Notes: generated by a model from the sequence alone, not told the origin. A DNA stretch of 64,000 nt from Longimicrobiales bacterium (GCA_965238005.1 OZ250165.1:960001-1024000), one strand, 5' to 3'. Shown: positions 1 to 11,663, numbered from the stretch's first letter. Numbers and translations are program-made.

Positions 1-1142
1 GTCGTGCCGCTGCTTCCGGCGGCGAGGGTGCCGAGATCGGCAAGGGGCCACCGGCGTAGCGCCAGGTCCTGCAGGTACCATTCCTTCAGGTCGACCGTGC
101 CCGGGCCCTCGTTCCGGACGGTAACCTCCTCTAGCTCCCGGTCGGGACCGACGGGGTTGGGAAGCAGGCTCTCGATGACGATGCTGGTCTCGGAAGGCGT
201 CCGGTTCTTGATGTCGAATGTATGCTGATTGGTGCTGTAGCGGACGCTGTACTGACCGCCGGACCCATCCACCGTGACCCGTATCGTCCCCTCCGGCCCG
301 CTCGGATCTTGATCGGCGATGAAGTCGTCGGCGACGTTGCCGCCCAGTCCGCCCTTCGTTTAGCGGTTCGTCTGGAACACCGCCGGTGGCTCCGGAAGGG
401 CGGCTAAGGCCTCCAAGGTGACTTGCCGGGGGTGGCGATAGTCGGCCCGGTCTCCGTTGGAGATAATCACGACGCTGGGTGAGAGGTCCCGGATGAAGGC
501 CGCCGAGGTGCTTGAGTGGGAGCCGTGGTGGTTGGCCTGATGGACGTCCACGTCCGTTGCTGCGTCGAGCGTGGCGATCTTCTCTTCGGTGAACGACTCG
601 ATGTCGCCCCCGACGAAGAGTCTGAAGCCTTGCCACTCGATGAGGAGCGCGACGCTCATGTCGTTTTCATCGTGGCCGGGCTCGGGATTCTGCTCGCCCA
701 TGACGACTCCGCCGGAAGCGATGCAGGTCACCGTGACGGCCCCCAGCATGAAAGCTTCGCCGCGTTGTAGGTGCTGGGCGCGATGTCCCACGGCGGTGTC
801 ATACTCGACATAACGCGCTCCCGTGCTCCTGCTAACAGGTAGGGATGCCTTGTCGCCACGGTCGTACACGTTGATGATCGGGATGGCTGGACTGACCGTG
901 AGCTCGTCGATCCCCCCATAGTGGTCCGTGTGGTAGTGCGTGGTCACGAAGTGGTCGATCCTCTCGACGCCCGCGTTCTGAAGCACCTGACGGATTCTAC
1001 GGCCCTGGCCGTTGTCCCCTGAGTCGATGAGCAAGCTCTCGCCCGTGGGCGGGACGACGAGGGTCGCGTCCCCCTGATCCACGTCGATGTGGTAGATTTC
1101 CAACTGCTGGGCGGACAGAGATGTGCTCGCGAGGGCCGCCAT
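1..1142 (-). pseudogene. ComEC/Rec2-like MBL-fold metallo-hydrolase with C-terminal lamin-tail-like domain; in-frame TAA at 360-362; runs off the window
   Basis: ORF 360..1142 has DVDQGDA, THYHTDH, NDMS and HHGS motifs. After the TAA the same frame stays open to position 1 (TKGGLGGNVADDFIAD...IVIESLLPNPVGPDRELEEVTVRNEGPGTVDLKEWYLQD, lamin-tail-like). Confidence 0.75.
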
Positions 1143-1284
1143 CAGGGGAAGTATGGCAAGACGCGTTTCGGTCTCCGCGGAAGGAGCTACGGGGGGCGCC
1201 CGTCCACGTTAGACCGGGCTCGAGACACCGGCAAGCAGGCCGGGGGCGGTCCAGGAAGTCTCGCTCGGCAACGGCTTGGCGCTC

Positions 1285-2841
1285 TCACAGCGCGGGGAAA
1301 CCGGCCGGGGGCCGTCTGTGGTGCGTCCCCTGCTCGTACGCGTAGGCCAGCCGGAAGAGCAGGAGCTCGTCGTAGGGGCGCGCCAGGATCTGGAGGCCCG
1401 CCGGAAGCGTAGCGTACGTGAACCCCATGGGGACCGTGATGGCGGGCATGCCGGTCGCTGGCGCCACGAGCTGGCTGTTGTCCCCAAGGTACTCTTCTCG
1501 GGCCCGATCCAGGTGCGCCGGAGGATTCCGCCACGTGGGGTAGATGACGCCGTCCACCTCGGCGGCGTCCATGGCCGCAACCAGGTCGGATAGATACGCC
1601 TGCCTCCCCTGGTGCTCCAGGTAGTCGGGGCAGGGCGTCTCCCAGTCGCGGGGGTGCACGTCCATGGGGATCTCCTCATAGCGACGGAGCGACTGCTCGG
1701 CATAGTCGGCGTACTGGCCCGTCTCCAGCACCTCGAGAACGTCGCGGATGGGCGCTCTCTCGCCTAGGGACGACAGGTATTGGTACATGTCGTAGCGGAA
1801 GCGCCTGCAGAACATGCCCTCCCGATCGAGCTCCGCCTGGAGGTCGAACTCGAGGGGATCCACAATCGTGGCGCCGAGGCGGGCCAGGTCGGCAACGGCC
1901 TCCTCGAAGACCCTGATTACCGCCGTGTCGGCGTCCTCGGCGTCAACCAATGGGCGGAGCACCGCGAGACGTGCTCCCTCCAGGCCGTTCGGGTCCAGGC
2001 CGGCCGTATAGTCGGCCTCCTTGTGGCTGCGCCCAGCCTCGGTGTACGGGTCGGCCGGGTCGTATCCGGCGACCACATTGAAGATCCTCGCCGCGTCTTC
2101 GACGCTGCGGGCCATGGGCCCCGCGATGTCCCGGTCGAAGGAGAGGGGGATCACACCGTCCCGGCTCGTGAGGCCGATGGTGGAGCGGATCCCCACGAGA
2201 GCGAGGTGCGAAGAGGGGCCTCGGATGGAATTCCCCGTGTCGCTGCCCAGCCCTGCCACCCCGAAGCTGGCCGCGACGCCCGAGGCGGTCCCCCCGCTGG
2301 ATCCCGCCGGTACTCGGTCGAAAGCATAGGCGTTCGAGGTCGTGTCGTAGGACGAGCTCACCGTCTGGCGGGCGCTGAAGGCCCACTCCGCCATGTTGGT
2401 CTTCGCGACCACCACCGCGCCTGCCTCGCGGATACGACGTACCATGAAGGCGTCGTCAGGGGGAAGGCTCCCCATCAGGGCGATGGAGCCTCCTGTGGTG
2501 GGCAGGTCGTGGGTGTCAAAGTTGTCCTTCACGAGCATGGGCGCGCAGAAGAGCCGCGGAGGCTCGAGACCCGCCGCTAGCAGTGCGTCGAGATCGTCGG
2601 CCCTGGACAGCGCATTGGGGTTCACCACCGTAATGGCGTTGACCGTGGACTCGTCGTACGCCTCGATCCGATCGAGGTAGCCCTGCACCACCATCCGGCA
2701 CGTCGTCCGTCCGGACACGATCGCTTCCTGGATGTCGGCGATGGACGCCTCGACCACTTCGATGGGCCCCGGCGGTGGCTCACAGGCCAGCGAGACGAAG
2801 GTGATCGCGGCGAGGACCAGACGGGCTCCGGTGGAGTGCAT
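1285..2841 (-). CDS. Amidase signature family lipoprotein
   Basis: KDNFD, GSSGG and GSDTGNSIRGP (Ser-cisSer-Lys triad); ATG 2841 with AAGGAG RBS; lipobox SLAC. Confidence 0.92.
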   Translation of the reverse strand: MHSTGARLVLAAITFVSLACEPPPGPIEVVEASIADIQEAIVSGRTTCRMVVQGYLDRIEAYDESTVNAITVVNPNALSRADDLDALLAAGLEPPRLFCAPMLVKDNFDTHDLPTTGGSIALMGSLPPDDAFMVRRIREAGAVVVAKTNMAEWAFSARQTVSSSYDTTSNAYAFDRVPAGSSGGTASGVAASFGVAGLGSDTGNSIRGPSSHLALVGIRSTIGLTSRDGVIPLSFDRDIAGPMARSVEDAARIFNVVAGYDPADPYTEAGRSHKEADYTAGLDPNGLEGARLAVLRPLVDAEDADTAVIRVFEEAVADLARLGATIVDPLEFDLQAELDREGMFCRRFRYDMYQYLSSLGERAPIRDVLEVLETGQYADYAEQSLRRYEEIPMDVHPRDWETPCPDYLEHQGRQAYLSDLVAAMDAAEVDGVIYPTWRNPPAHLDRAREEYLGDNSQLVAPATGMPAITVPMGFTYATLPAGLQILARPYDELLLFRLAYAYEQGTHHRRPPAGFPAL

Positions 2842-2944
2842 AGTGATCTCCTTGCGTGGTTGTTTCCCGGATCGAAAGCCCCACCAAGATCGGGTGTGGC
2901 GACATGGTTGTCGAACCCTCCCCACGAGGGACCTCACGGGGCAA

Positions 2945-3150
2945 CCGGCCGCCGAGCACGGTGACCGCCCTCGACGTGCACACGGGACGCCGAATCTGGA
3001 CCTGGTCTCCGTCTCTGCCTCCGGGGGTCCTGGCCATCGACGGGAAGGTCGTCATCGGCGTGAGCGGGGCGGAAGCCGGCGTCCGCGGCTTCGTGGACGC
3101 GTATGACGCCGCCACCGGAGAGCGTGTCTGGCGCCTCTACACGGTGCCGG
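2945..3150 (+). pseudogene. Internal fragment of a PQQ-dependent alcohol dehydrogenase family gene
   Basis: PSTVTALDVHTGRRIWTW and DGKVVIGVSGAEAGVRGFVDAYDAATGERVWRLYTVP are PQQ beta-propeller segments. No proper start or end. Confidence 0.75.
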
Positions 3151-3267
3151 TGCTGCTGTCACCTCCGTGGGCCGGCGTCATGTCCACGGATGTTCGTCAT
3201 CGGGCTGCCGTGAGGCCGGTTATGGCCTGAGGAACGAGCCCAAACCCGACGGGAACGCCGTGATCCA

Positions 3268-6119
3268 TTAGCGCTGGCCCATCCAGATGTCCTCCAGCAC
3301 GGTGACGGTGTTGGAGAGCTCCCGACCGTTCACCGAGAGCGTTACGCCGTAGACGCCCGGCTCGGCCAGGGGGCCCTGGTTTTCGTTGCCGAACCCTCCG
3401 CGGCCGCCGCCTCTGCCACCTCCGCCCTGGCCCGGCTGGCGCTCGGGGCGCTCGCCACGAAGGTCCCACTGCGCGCGGTTCAGCCCGGCCATGGCGGGCC
3501 CCTCGAGGCTTCTGAACACCTCACCGGTGAGCAGGTCGGTGATGGTTACCCTGACGTCACCCCGTGGGGCGCTCTTCAGGTGGTAGGTGATGGCCGTTCC
3601 GGCAGGTGCGTTCCGTCCCTGCCAGTTCTTGTTCCCGGTCACGGCTCGCGACAGAGTGCGATCCTGTTTCCACTGTACGGCGGCGCGCGGCTGGAAGAGG
3701 TGCGCGTCCGCATCCAGGGCCTCCTGCGTCAGATCCTGAAGCGCTGTGATGTCGTCTATGATCAGCACGCTTCGCCCGTGCGTGGCGAGCACCAGGTCGT
3801 TGTCCCTGGGGTGCACGAGAACGTCGTCGATCCGAGTCGTCGGTAGGTCGTTCATGAACCGATGCCACTCCCCGCCCTCGTTCAGTGAGACGAAGAACGC
3901 GAACTCGGTGCCCACATAGAGGAGGTCCTTGTTCCGCGGGTCCTGTCGGATCGTGTTCACGTTGCCATACTCCGGCAGGTTTGTGCTGATGGACTCCCAG
4001 CCCTCGCCGTAGTTGCGGGTGACGAAGACGTAAGGCCGAAGGTCGTCGCTCTTGTGACCGTCCAGTGAGATGTAGGCGGTCCCCGCGTCGAAGTGGGAGG
4101 CCTCCACACGGGAGACGTAGTACTCCATGGTGCCTCCGGGGACGTTCTGCCCTACCTCGGTCCAGGTGGTCCCTCCGTCACGGCTCACCTGAACGTTGCC
4201 GTCGTCGGTCCCCACCCACAGGAGGCCGGGGACCAGCCTGGACTCCGCTACCGATACCATGGTGCTGTAGCTGCGCACACCGTCGTTTCGCGACAGAATG
4301 CACTCTTGGCCCCGGTTCAGGGCTTCACATCGGGGGAGGCCGTTGTACTGGTCCATGATCTCCACTTCGTCCCGATCGATGTTCTTGGTCAGATCCGGGC
4401 TCATTGTCCACGTGTCGCCCTGGTCTGAGACCTGAACAGCCGGTTGCCGCCCGCGTAGACGACGCGTGGGTTGTGAGGAGACAGGATGAACGGGGTGTTC
4501 CAGTTCCAGCGGATCTCCGTTCCCACCGGAGGGGCCGGAACGATGTTGGTGTTGGCGCTGTCCTCTGTGGGCGGTTGCGGGTGGATGCTCTGCTGCTCGC
4601 CGGTGGTCAGGCTCACTCGCCGGATTCTTCCGTTCTGGGATTCCGCGTAGACCGTGTTGAAATCGGTGGGATCCACCGCCGAGTAGAATCCATCGCCGCC
4701 GCCGACCCGGTACCAATCCTGGCTGAGGATGCCATCCGTCCGCACCGAGCTGGGTCCGCACCAGGTGCCGTTGTCCTGTAGTCCAGTGCAGACGTAGTAG
4801 GGGCGGCGCATGTCCACGGAGGCGTGATAGGGCTGGCCGACCGCCCACGTCCGAAGCGACTCCCAGGCCTCTCCCTGGTCGTAGCTCACGTCCACCGAGC
4901 CGTCGTTGCCGATCATGAGGTGATCGCCGTCCTTGGGGTTGATCCAGAAGGCGTGTTGGTCGACATGGCCGTATCCTTCCAGCCGCTCGAACGTCTGACC
5001 GCCGTCCTTGGACTTGTAGACTCGCTGGTCCACGACGTACACGGTCTCCGGGTCCGTCGGGTCCACGCGCATCTGGCTGAAGTACATGGGCCGCCCGTTC
5101 TCATTGCTGCGGAACTCCCAAGTTCGCCCCTTGTCGGTGGACCTCCAGATGCCGTTGTACTGAGGGTCCGGTGGCAAGGAGTCCACTTCCGACAGGCGCT
5201 CCCACTCCTCCCGCCCTTCGTCCGAGAGCGGCTCCTCCCGATCGGCGGCCACCTCGATCTGAGCGTACACCACTTCGGCATCCGCCGTGGTCATGGCGAG
5301 GGCGATACGGCCCATGGTCCCGTTGGGAAGACCGTTGCCCGTGAGGCGAGTCCAGCTCTCGCCCCCGTCGTCGGACCGCCAGATTCCGCTTCCAGGGCCT
5401 CCTCCCACGAAGCAGCACGCCGTCCGGCGCCGCTGGTAGGTGGCGGCGAACAGAGTGTTCGGGTTGGACGGGTCCATGACCAGGTCCGTGGCGCCCGTGT
5501 TTTCATCCACGTAGAGCACCTGGTCCCAAGACGTGCCGCCATCCGTCGTCTTGAAGACACCACGCTCCTCGTTGGGCCCGAAGAGGTGTCCGTTGGCGGC
5601 CACCCAGACCACGTCGGGGTCGCTGGGATGTACCAGGACGCGGGAGATGGACTGGGTCTCGGTGAGCCCCACGTGGGTGAACGTCTCACCGGCGTCCGCG
5701 GACCTGTAGACGCCCGCGCCCAAGGACGAGCTCTGGCGGTTGTTCGACTCCCCTGTGCCCATCCACACAATGTCCGGGTCGGACGGAGCGATGGAGATGT
5801 CACCCACCGACGCCGTGGCGTAGGTGTCGAAGACGGGACGGAACGTCACACCGTGGTTTGTCGTCTTCCAGAGGCCGCCGGTGGCGAAGCCGACGAAGAA
5901 GGTGCGGACGTCCGCGGGTGAGACCGCGATGTCGTCGACACGCCCGCCCTGCCCGATGGGCCCGATGGAGCGCCAGCGGAACGGCCTGAGCAGGGGATGG
6001 TCCGACTGGTTGAGCACCTCCGCTTCGTCCCCACGGGGCGTCTGGCCAGGCAGGGGCAGCGACCAGCAGAGCGCGATGAGAGCGATGGCGGGACACCGGA
6101 GCCAACGAAGACAAGACAT
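3268..6119 (-). pseudogene. VPS10/BNR (Asp-box) repeat beta-propeller glycosyl-hydrolase-like protein, frameshifted at about 4427
   Basis: ORFs 4401..6185 and 3268..4848 join as ...GGNRLFRS-x-DQGDTWTMSPDLT if one base is added. Many SxDGGxTW Asp-boxes; signal peptide from ATG 6119. Confidence 0.85.
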
Positions 6120-6363
6120 GGAGCCACTCCTACCAACGAGGTGAAACGGCATGGGCTGCCCTCCCCGGCGAGAGGGGAGGGACAATGTCGAGACCCCGAC
6201 GGTTCCCTGTCAACGAAGGGAGCGGGGCTCGGGAGGGTGCCGGCCTCGCATAGTCGAGTCGGCGGTCCGAGGCCATGCCCTGCGGGGTGCCTGTGAGGCA
6301 GAGCTGCGAAGTGTCCGAGGCGGCCCTGCAGGGGGTCTTGGAGGAGGTGCAGCAGTGGCTCCG

Positions 6364-6924
6364 TCAGAAGTCGTAGTAGGGCGCCATCATGACGTAGACC
6401 AGGACGCCTGTGACGGCAACGTACATCCAGACGGGCAGCGTCCACCGGGCCAGCCGACGGTGCTTTACCAGCTCTCCACGCACCGCTCTAGACAGGGTGA
6501 ACAAGACGAGCGGAACCAGGATGGGCGCCAGCGAGATATGCGTGATGAAGATGAAGAAGTAGGCGGGACGCACCCAGCCAACACCGCCGAAGTGGCTCTG
6601 TGGTGCCTGTGAGTGATACGTCACGTACGAGGTCAGGAAGAGGCACGACAGCCCAAAGCTCATGGACATCAGGTGGAGGTGCGTCTTCCGCCGTCCACTC
6701 CGGATCGCCAGATATCCGGCCGTAAGGAGCACCGCGGTGGTGCCGTTCATGAATGCGTGCAGGCGTGGGAGCCTGGACACGTCGAGCCCGTCCAACCGCA
6801 GCGCTTGCGGAAATGCGGCCAGGGCGGCCACAAGCCCGCCGACGAGGAGCGTCAGCGTGAAGATACCGACCCAGAGCGTGAGCTCGCTCGGGCCGCCCAG
6901 CGGAGGGTCGGTGCCTTCAGTCAT
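6364..6924 (-). CDS. DUF420 (YozB-like) membrane protein
   Basis: LPRLHAFMNG, FLTSYVTYH, HISLA and HRRLARWTLPVWMYVAVTGVLVY motifs. Confidence 0.88.
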   Translation of the reverse strand: MTEGTDPPLGGPSELTLWVGIFTLTLLVGGLVAALAAFPQALRLDGLDVSRLPRLHAFMNGTTAVLLTAGYLAIRSGRRKTHLHLMSMSFGLSCLFLTSYVTYHSQAPQSHFGGVGWVRPAYFFIFITHISLAPILVPLVLFTLSRAVRGELVKHRRLARWTLPVWMYVAVTGVLVYVMMAPYYDF

Positions 6925-6979
6925 GTCCTGATCGAACGGTGTGTCCGGTGTGATGGCCCGGAGCGGACTAGTCCAGCGG

Positions 6980-9664
6980 CTAGTCGCGGCGCCCCATGAT
7001 GTCGTCGCTGATCGTCTGCTTTTCAGTGTCGGGGCTCCTCAGGTGCACATCGAGCCACGCCGCCCAGCGCCCCCAGAGGTCCAGGAGCGTCTCCTTCGTC
7101 GCGGGCCCGTGGTCCTCGAAGGGATACAGGTACATGGCGGCTTCCTTCCCCAGTCCGTTCAGCGCGTGGAACAGCCTGGGCGAGTGATCCGGGTCGGTCC
7201 CCTGATTCTGGTCGTGGAGGCCGTGATACAAGAGGAGTGCTCCCGTGAGGTTGTTTGCGTACAGGAAAGGCGACATCCCCAGGTAGACGTCCTTGGCGTC
7301 CCACAGGAAGCGGCGCTCGGTCTGGAAGCTGAGCGGCGTGAAGGTGCGGTTGTAGTTCCCGTCACCGGCGATGCCGGCCTTGAAGAAGGGTGTGTGCACC
7401 ATGGCGTTCACAGTGGAGAAAGCACCATAAGAGTGTCCCCCAAGCCCAAGTCTGCGCCGGTCGATGATCTCTCGGCGGTCGAGCTCGTCGATCACCGCGG
7501 CCAGGTTGTTCCTCAGGTCGTGCTTGTAGTTGTTGTTCATCTGACCCGGCTTGCCCACGATGGGGGCGTCGGGCTCGACGACCGCGTAGCCGAGACGGAT
7601 CAGGTACTCGATGGAGCGCACCCCGAAGTTGGGGAAGGCGTTCCTGTTGTAGGTGCGTCCCCGCTCGTCATAGCTCTCCTGGTCCTCGTACTCCCTGGGA
7701 TAGAACCAGAACATGGCCGGAAGCCGTGTGCCCGGCCGGTACCCGGTCGGCAGCGTGACGTTGACCAGGAACCGGAAGCCGTCGGGGCGATCGACGGTGA
7801 AGCGCTCTCTGGGAGCCGCAGTCAGGTCAGGCGTGTAGTCCACGTTGTTCGTGATCTGAAGCCGTCTCTCTCCCTGCACGAGATACGACTGGGCGACCTC
7901 GGTCGGCGACTCTCGCGACACGATGAAGCGTCCAGTGTCGATGTCGAGGATGGAGGTAGGGTGCTCCCACACGCCCTCGATTTCGCTTTCGAAAACCCGC
8001 TCCTTCTCTCCGGTTCGGATGTTAACCCGGTCCAGGAATGTCACGGGCGACACCTCCAGAGGGTCCTCGTTGTACCGGGTCCCATAGAAGAAGACATACC
8101 CGCCGTCGGCCGAGAGCTGCACGGACCGATCGCCGACGTCGACCCTGCCGCGTCTGAAACGACCGCCAGTGGCAGGAAGAGCGCCACCCGTCATGACGAG
8201 GTTTCCGGGCGTCGAGTAAAAGTCCTCCGAGTCGTATGCGACCAGCGTGTGTGCCGCGGTCTCCGGATCGTCGAGGAACACGGCGTACTCAAGCACCTTC
8301 TCGCTTCTGCGCTCGGTGACGAAGAGGATCGCCATGTCCGCGGAGAAGCGGTGGGCAGACATGCGGTTGTCACTCTCGTAGACCACCGAGAGGGTGGTGC
8401 TGTCGAAGGGCGGGAGCCACTGCATGACCCGGTCCTTGCGACGATCGGGCCGATCGTCCCCCAACGGCTCATCCTCGGGCTCCGCCTCGTCGTCCCCGTC
8501 CTCGCCCGGCTCCTGCTCCAGGAACGTCAGGCCGCGCCCGTCCACGCGCCACCTAATCTGACGGCGCCCTTGCTCGTCGTCCTCTGCGAACCGCTGCGAC
8601 CCCGGCTGAGGCTGGTTCGGATCGGGGTCCGCACCCAGAAGGCCGGTATTCATCGGTGTCCTGTCCAACTCCGCCAAGACGTTCCCCTCGAGATCCCAGA
8701 CCTCCTCGACGCGGCCGAAGTTGTCGACCGGGATGATGTAGCTGAAGGGATGCTCTATCCGTGTCACGCGAGCGTACCGCCCGTCGGCGGAGAAGTCGAA
8801 GCTTCGCACGAGGGTCGGCTCACCGATGAGCTCCGTGTCCCGGCTGTCTACGTCCACCAGGGCGAGCTGCCCCGTGGCGTGCCAGGCCAAAAGCGCCTCA
8901 TCGTATGGGGTGGCCATGAGGCTCGCGAAGGTCCGCAAGCGGTTCTCGCCCTCTTCCGTCATCTTGACCCGTGGGCCCGTGGGCACGGCGGACTCCACGG
9001 GCATGGGCGGGCGGTTCTCCGGGATCAGGACCGTCGCGATCTCGTCTCCGCCGGCCGTCCACTCGTACGAGGTGACGAGGGTGGCAAGTACGGCCCGCCG
9101 GGTGACCCTCCGAGACCCGCCGGTGGCGGGGTCGGCGACGTAGACGTGCGTGCCGTCGTCGAAGTGAGCGAAGAAGGCCAATCTCGACCCGTCGGGCGAC
9201 CAGGAGGCGTTGGAGACGCGGGCACCCCGGGGAACTTCGATCTGCACCTTCGATCCGTCCGTCGCCGAGATCACCTCGATGCCGACGTTGTTCCGCGTGG
9301 TCAGCCGGCGGCTGCGGTTCGCCGCATAGTCGATGAACTGGCCGCCGAGCTCGTGAAAGGGCTTGGAGAAGACGTCCATGGTGACCGGGCCATCCCCCAC
9401 CTCGCGCAGGAACCACTTCTTGTCGGGGCTCACGTCCGAGAGCGTCACATTCAGGTAGCGCGGTGCCAACACGGCCTCTGTGACGACGTCGGGCGGCGAC
9501 ACGAACTGCTTTTCCTCGAGAACCTGGCGGGCGTCCCAGGCTGCATTCTGGTCCTGGCCCCGGCTCGGCGAGGGAAGCAGCAGCAGAAGGGAGTAGACCA
9601 ACAGGACCGGTAGGACCGGGGAGAGCCAGCTAGGTAGAGAGATCGGATGGGTGCGATCAGTCAT
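6980..9664 (-). CDS. S9 (prolyl oligopeptidase family) exported peptidase
   Basis: GGHSYGAF nucleophile, HGLHD and EDHG catalytic Asp/His; N-terminal propeller; signal peptide. Confidence 0.92.
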   Translation of the reverse strand: MTDRTHPISLPSWLSPVLPVLLVYSLLLLLPSPSRGQDQNAAWDARQVLEEKQFVSPPDVVTEAVLAPRYLNVTLSDVSPDKKWFLREVGDGPVTMDVFSKPFHELGGQFIDYAANRSRRLTTRNNVGIEVISATDGSKVQIEVPRGARVSNASWSPDGSRLAFFAHFDDGTHVYVADPATGGSRRVTRRAVLATLVTSYEWTAGGDEIATVLIPENRPPMPVESAVPTGPRVKMTEEGENRLRTFASLMATPYDEALLAWHATGQLALVDVDSRDTELIGEPTLVRSFDFSADGRYARVTRIEHPFSYIIPVDNFGRVEEVWDLEGNVLAELDRTPMNTGLLGADPDPNQPQPGSQRFAEDDEQGRRQIRWRVDGRGLTFLEQEPGEDGDDEAEPEDEPLGDDRPDRRKDRVMQWLPPFDSTTLSVVYESDNRMSAHRFSADMAILFVTERRSEKVLEYAVFLDDPETAAHTLVAYDSEDFYSTPGNLVMTGGALPATGGRFRRGRVDVGDRSVQLSADGGYVFFYGTRYNEDPLEVSPVTFLDRVNIRTGEKERVFESEIEGVWEHPTSILDIDTGRFIVSRESPTEVAQSYLVQGERRLQITNNVDYTPDLTAAPRERFTVDRPDGFRFLVNVTLPTGYRPGTRLPAMFWFYPREYEDQESYDERGRTYNRNAFPNFGVRSIEYLIRLGYAVVEPDAPIVGKPGQMNNNYKHDLRNNLAAVIDELDRREIIDRRRLGLGGHSYGAFSTVNAMVHTPFFKAGIAGDGNYNRTFTPLSFQTERRFLWDAKDVYLGMSPFLYANNLTGALLLYHGLHDQNQGTDPDHSPRLFHALNGLGKEAAMYLYPFEDHGPATKETLLDLWGRWAAWLDVHLRSPDTEKQTISDDIMGRRD

Positions 9665-9790
9665 TTCCGCCTCCAGGAATCCTCATGAGTGGGTCGCCGG
9701 GACGCACCGACTGACGGGCCGGTCTTGTCTTACCTCAGGGGATGGAGCCCCCGAGGGCGTCCTCAAATGCTTTTTCGGGCTACTATTAAG

Positions 9791-11209
9791 TTAGTAGCCT
9801 CGGTCTTCCATGGTGGCCCGGCGCTGGACGCCGTCGGGCCCGTTATCCCAATCCTGCGCGCTCGAGATGTTGGGCATGTTCCAGTCATGGCCGTTCCAGC
9901 TCGGGAAGCCGTCCATCTTGAACGTGTATAGCCCGCTCACCATATCGCTGACGACGATCAGGCCATCGGCGTTCCGAACGTCCACACCCCACGCGCCCAG
10001 GTTGACGTTACCGTGGCCGCGGGCCATGTGCGGTCCCGGATACGTGTCGTAGTAAGCGATGGTCCTGGGGTTGAACGGGTCGAACATACTGAACACCTGT
10101 AGGCCATCTTCGTAGGCGGAGACGAACACGAAGGGCCAGCGCACTTCATGGTTGTGAGAGAGATTCTGGTAATCCGCGGTCCAAGCGCTGATGGCCCGGC
10201 TGACCACAGGATTTCCGCCTTCGGACCAGGCGTCCCGGAGGTCGAAGAGCCGCAGCGGCTGCCACTGGCTCTCCACCTCGGCCACGGCGAAGAGACCGTC
10301 GGGGGACGGGGTGAAGGTGTGGCCGTGCGCGATCCCGGGAACGTTGGTGATGGACACCAGCAGCTCGGGGTTAGACGTGTCCGTGACGTCGAACACGAAG
10401 TATCCGCCCGTGCCGCCTGCCCACAGCCGATCCTGCTGCGTGGCCGGGTCGAAGCCGACGTAATAGTCGTGCCAGCTGGCCCGTCCGCCGCGCAGGGCCC
10501 AGTACGGGGACTCGGGCACGGGCACCTGGCCCGTGAGCCCGTAGTCGGGATCCCCGTCCAGGAACCGGCTCAGGTCGTAGATGTTGGCGTGGGGCCCGCC
10601 GGTCGTCGCGAAGAGCAGTGGGCGGCCGTCGGAGTGCTTGTACGTGAAGATGTTGTGGAACCCGCCCGGCGTCTCAGGGGCTTTGATCCTTCCCACTTCA
10701 CGTACGGTCGACGGATCCGGTAGGCCGGTAACGTCAAAGACCACGGCTCCCAGGTCGTTGTCGGGGCCACCCGCCCCGAACTGCGTGGACTGCACGATGT
10801 AGTATCGCCCGTCGTGCTTGAAATACCTGCCGTCGAGAGCCCCCGAGCCCTGGTGGAGCTCGGCGTTCTCGATGCGCCACGAGTAGATCAGCTTGGGGTT
10901 CGCCGGGTCCTCGAGGCTGACGATGTCCATGCCCGACGGACTGAACCGCTTGGATACGTAGGCGTAAGGCCGATCCAACTCTTGCTCGACCTCGACATCC
11001 GCCACATGGAGGAAGCCACCGAGGGGGATGCTCCCCAGGTAATGGATGTTGGGGGTACCCCTCTCTCCCGGAGGGAGGGCATCACCCGGATTCCCGTAGT
11101 TGTAGGGATGGGGTGATTCCTGAGCCGGGGAGGAGGTCGGCAGTACCGAGGCGGCGACCCAGAGGGTGCCGAGAACAAGCAGAGCGTTGGACAAGGTTGA
11201 CCGTCTCAT
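9791..11209 (-). CDS. Exported LVIVD-repeat beta-propeller protein
   Basis: Signal peptide; repeated FDVTxxxxP strands; His motifs FHNIF, WHD, HGHT and SHNH. Confidence 0.8.
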   Translation of the reverse strand: MRRSTLSNALLVLGTLWVAASVLPTSSPAQESPHPYNYGNPGDALPPGERGTPNIHYLGSIPLGGFLHVADVEVEQELDRPYAYVSKRFSPSGMDIVSLEDPANPKLIYSWRIENAELHQGSGALDGRYFKHDGRYYIVQSTQFGAGGPDNDLGAVVFDVTGLPDPSTVREVGRIKAPETPGGFHNIFTYKHSDGRPLLFATTGGPHANIYDLSRFLDGDPDYGLTGQVPVPESPYWALRGGRASWHDYYVGFDPATQQDRLWAGGTGGYFVFDVTDTSNPELLVSITNVPGIAHGHTFTPSPDGLFAVAEVESQWQPLRLFDLRDAWSEGGNPVVSRAISAWTADYQNLSHNHEVRWPFVFVSAYEDGLQVFSMFDPFNPRTIAYYDTYPGPHMARGHGNVNLGAWGVDVRNADGLIVVSDMVSGLYTFKMDGFPSWNGHDWNMPNISSAQDWDNGPDGVQRRATMEDRGY

Positions 11210-11663
11210 GAACTGCTTCTCCTTATCGTCCGGCTCCGATCCCGTGGTGCGGCATCAGGGCCAACTCGGTCTACCGCGGACGTGCGCGGGTGCACATGGC
11301 GGGCTTGTACATGCTTGTCCCCTCCCGGCGCGATCGAGCCGCGAGGACCTCAAACATAAGGCGCGGCTCTTCTCCCGTCTAACACGTCTTGAATGGGCAT
11401 ACCCTTCGACACTTTATAGATCGATTGTGTAGCTTCATGCACTCTCACCCGTTCTCCACTCCGATGCGGCGGAGGGGGTGGCCGACGCCGGGCGCGGGGT
11501 CGGACGGAGTCATCCGAATCGCTGAAACCAACGGTGGAGCGACCTCGGGGAGGACAGCGGTGTAGGAGGGAGCCAATGTCGTGCCCCGCGCAGGCCAACA
11601 CTCTGTTGTGAGGCGTATCCAAGTCACCAATGAAGTATGTCACCAGGAGACCCAAGAGTACCC

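Noticed and set aside
4420..4435. Programmed frameshift in the VPS10/BNR gene
   Set aside because: No slippery run at the junction; a single-base loss or sequencing error is more likely.
6364..6924. DUF420 gene as part of the oxidase system
   Set aside because: It is on the opposite strand about 4.7 kb away, behind peptidase genes; a link is unsupported.
6941..9613. 890-aa ORF on the + strand
   Set aside because: Antisense shadow of the S9 peptidase, expected in high-GC DNA; no motifs. The same applies to 47993-49570, 44556-45941 and 36278-37636.
11420..11630. Rex/CRP/FNR-like boxes upstream of the oxidase operon (e.g. TTGTGAggcgtaTCCAA)
   Set aside because: Only half-site matches; too weak to call without comparative data.
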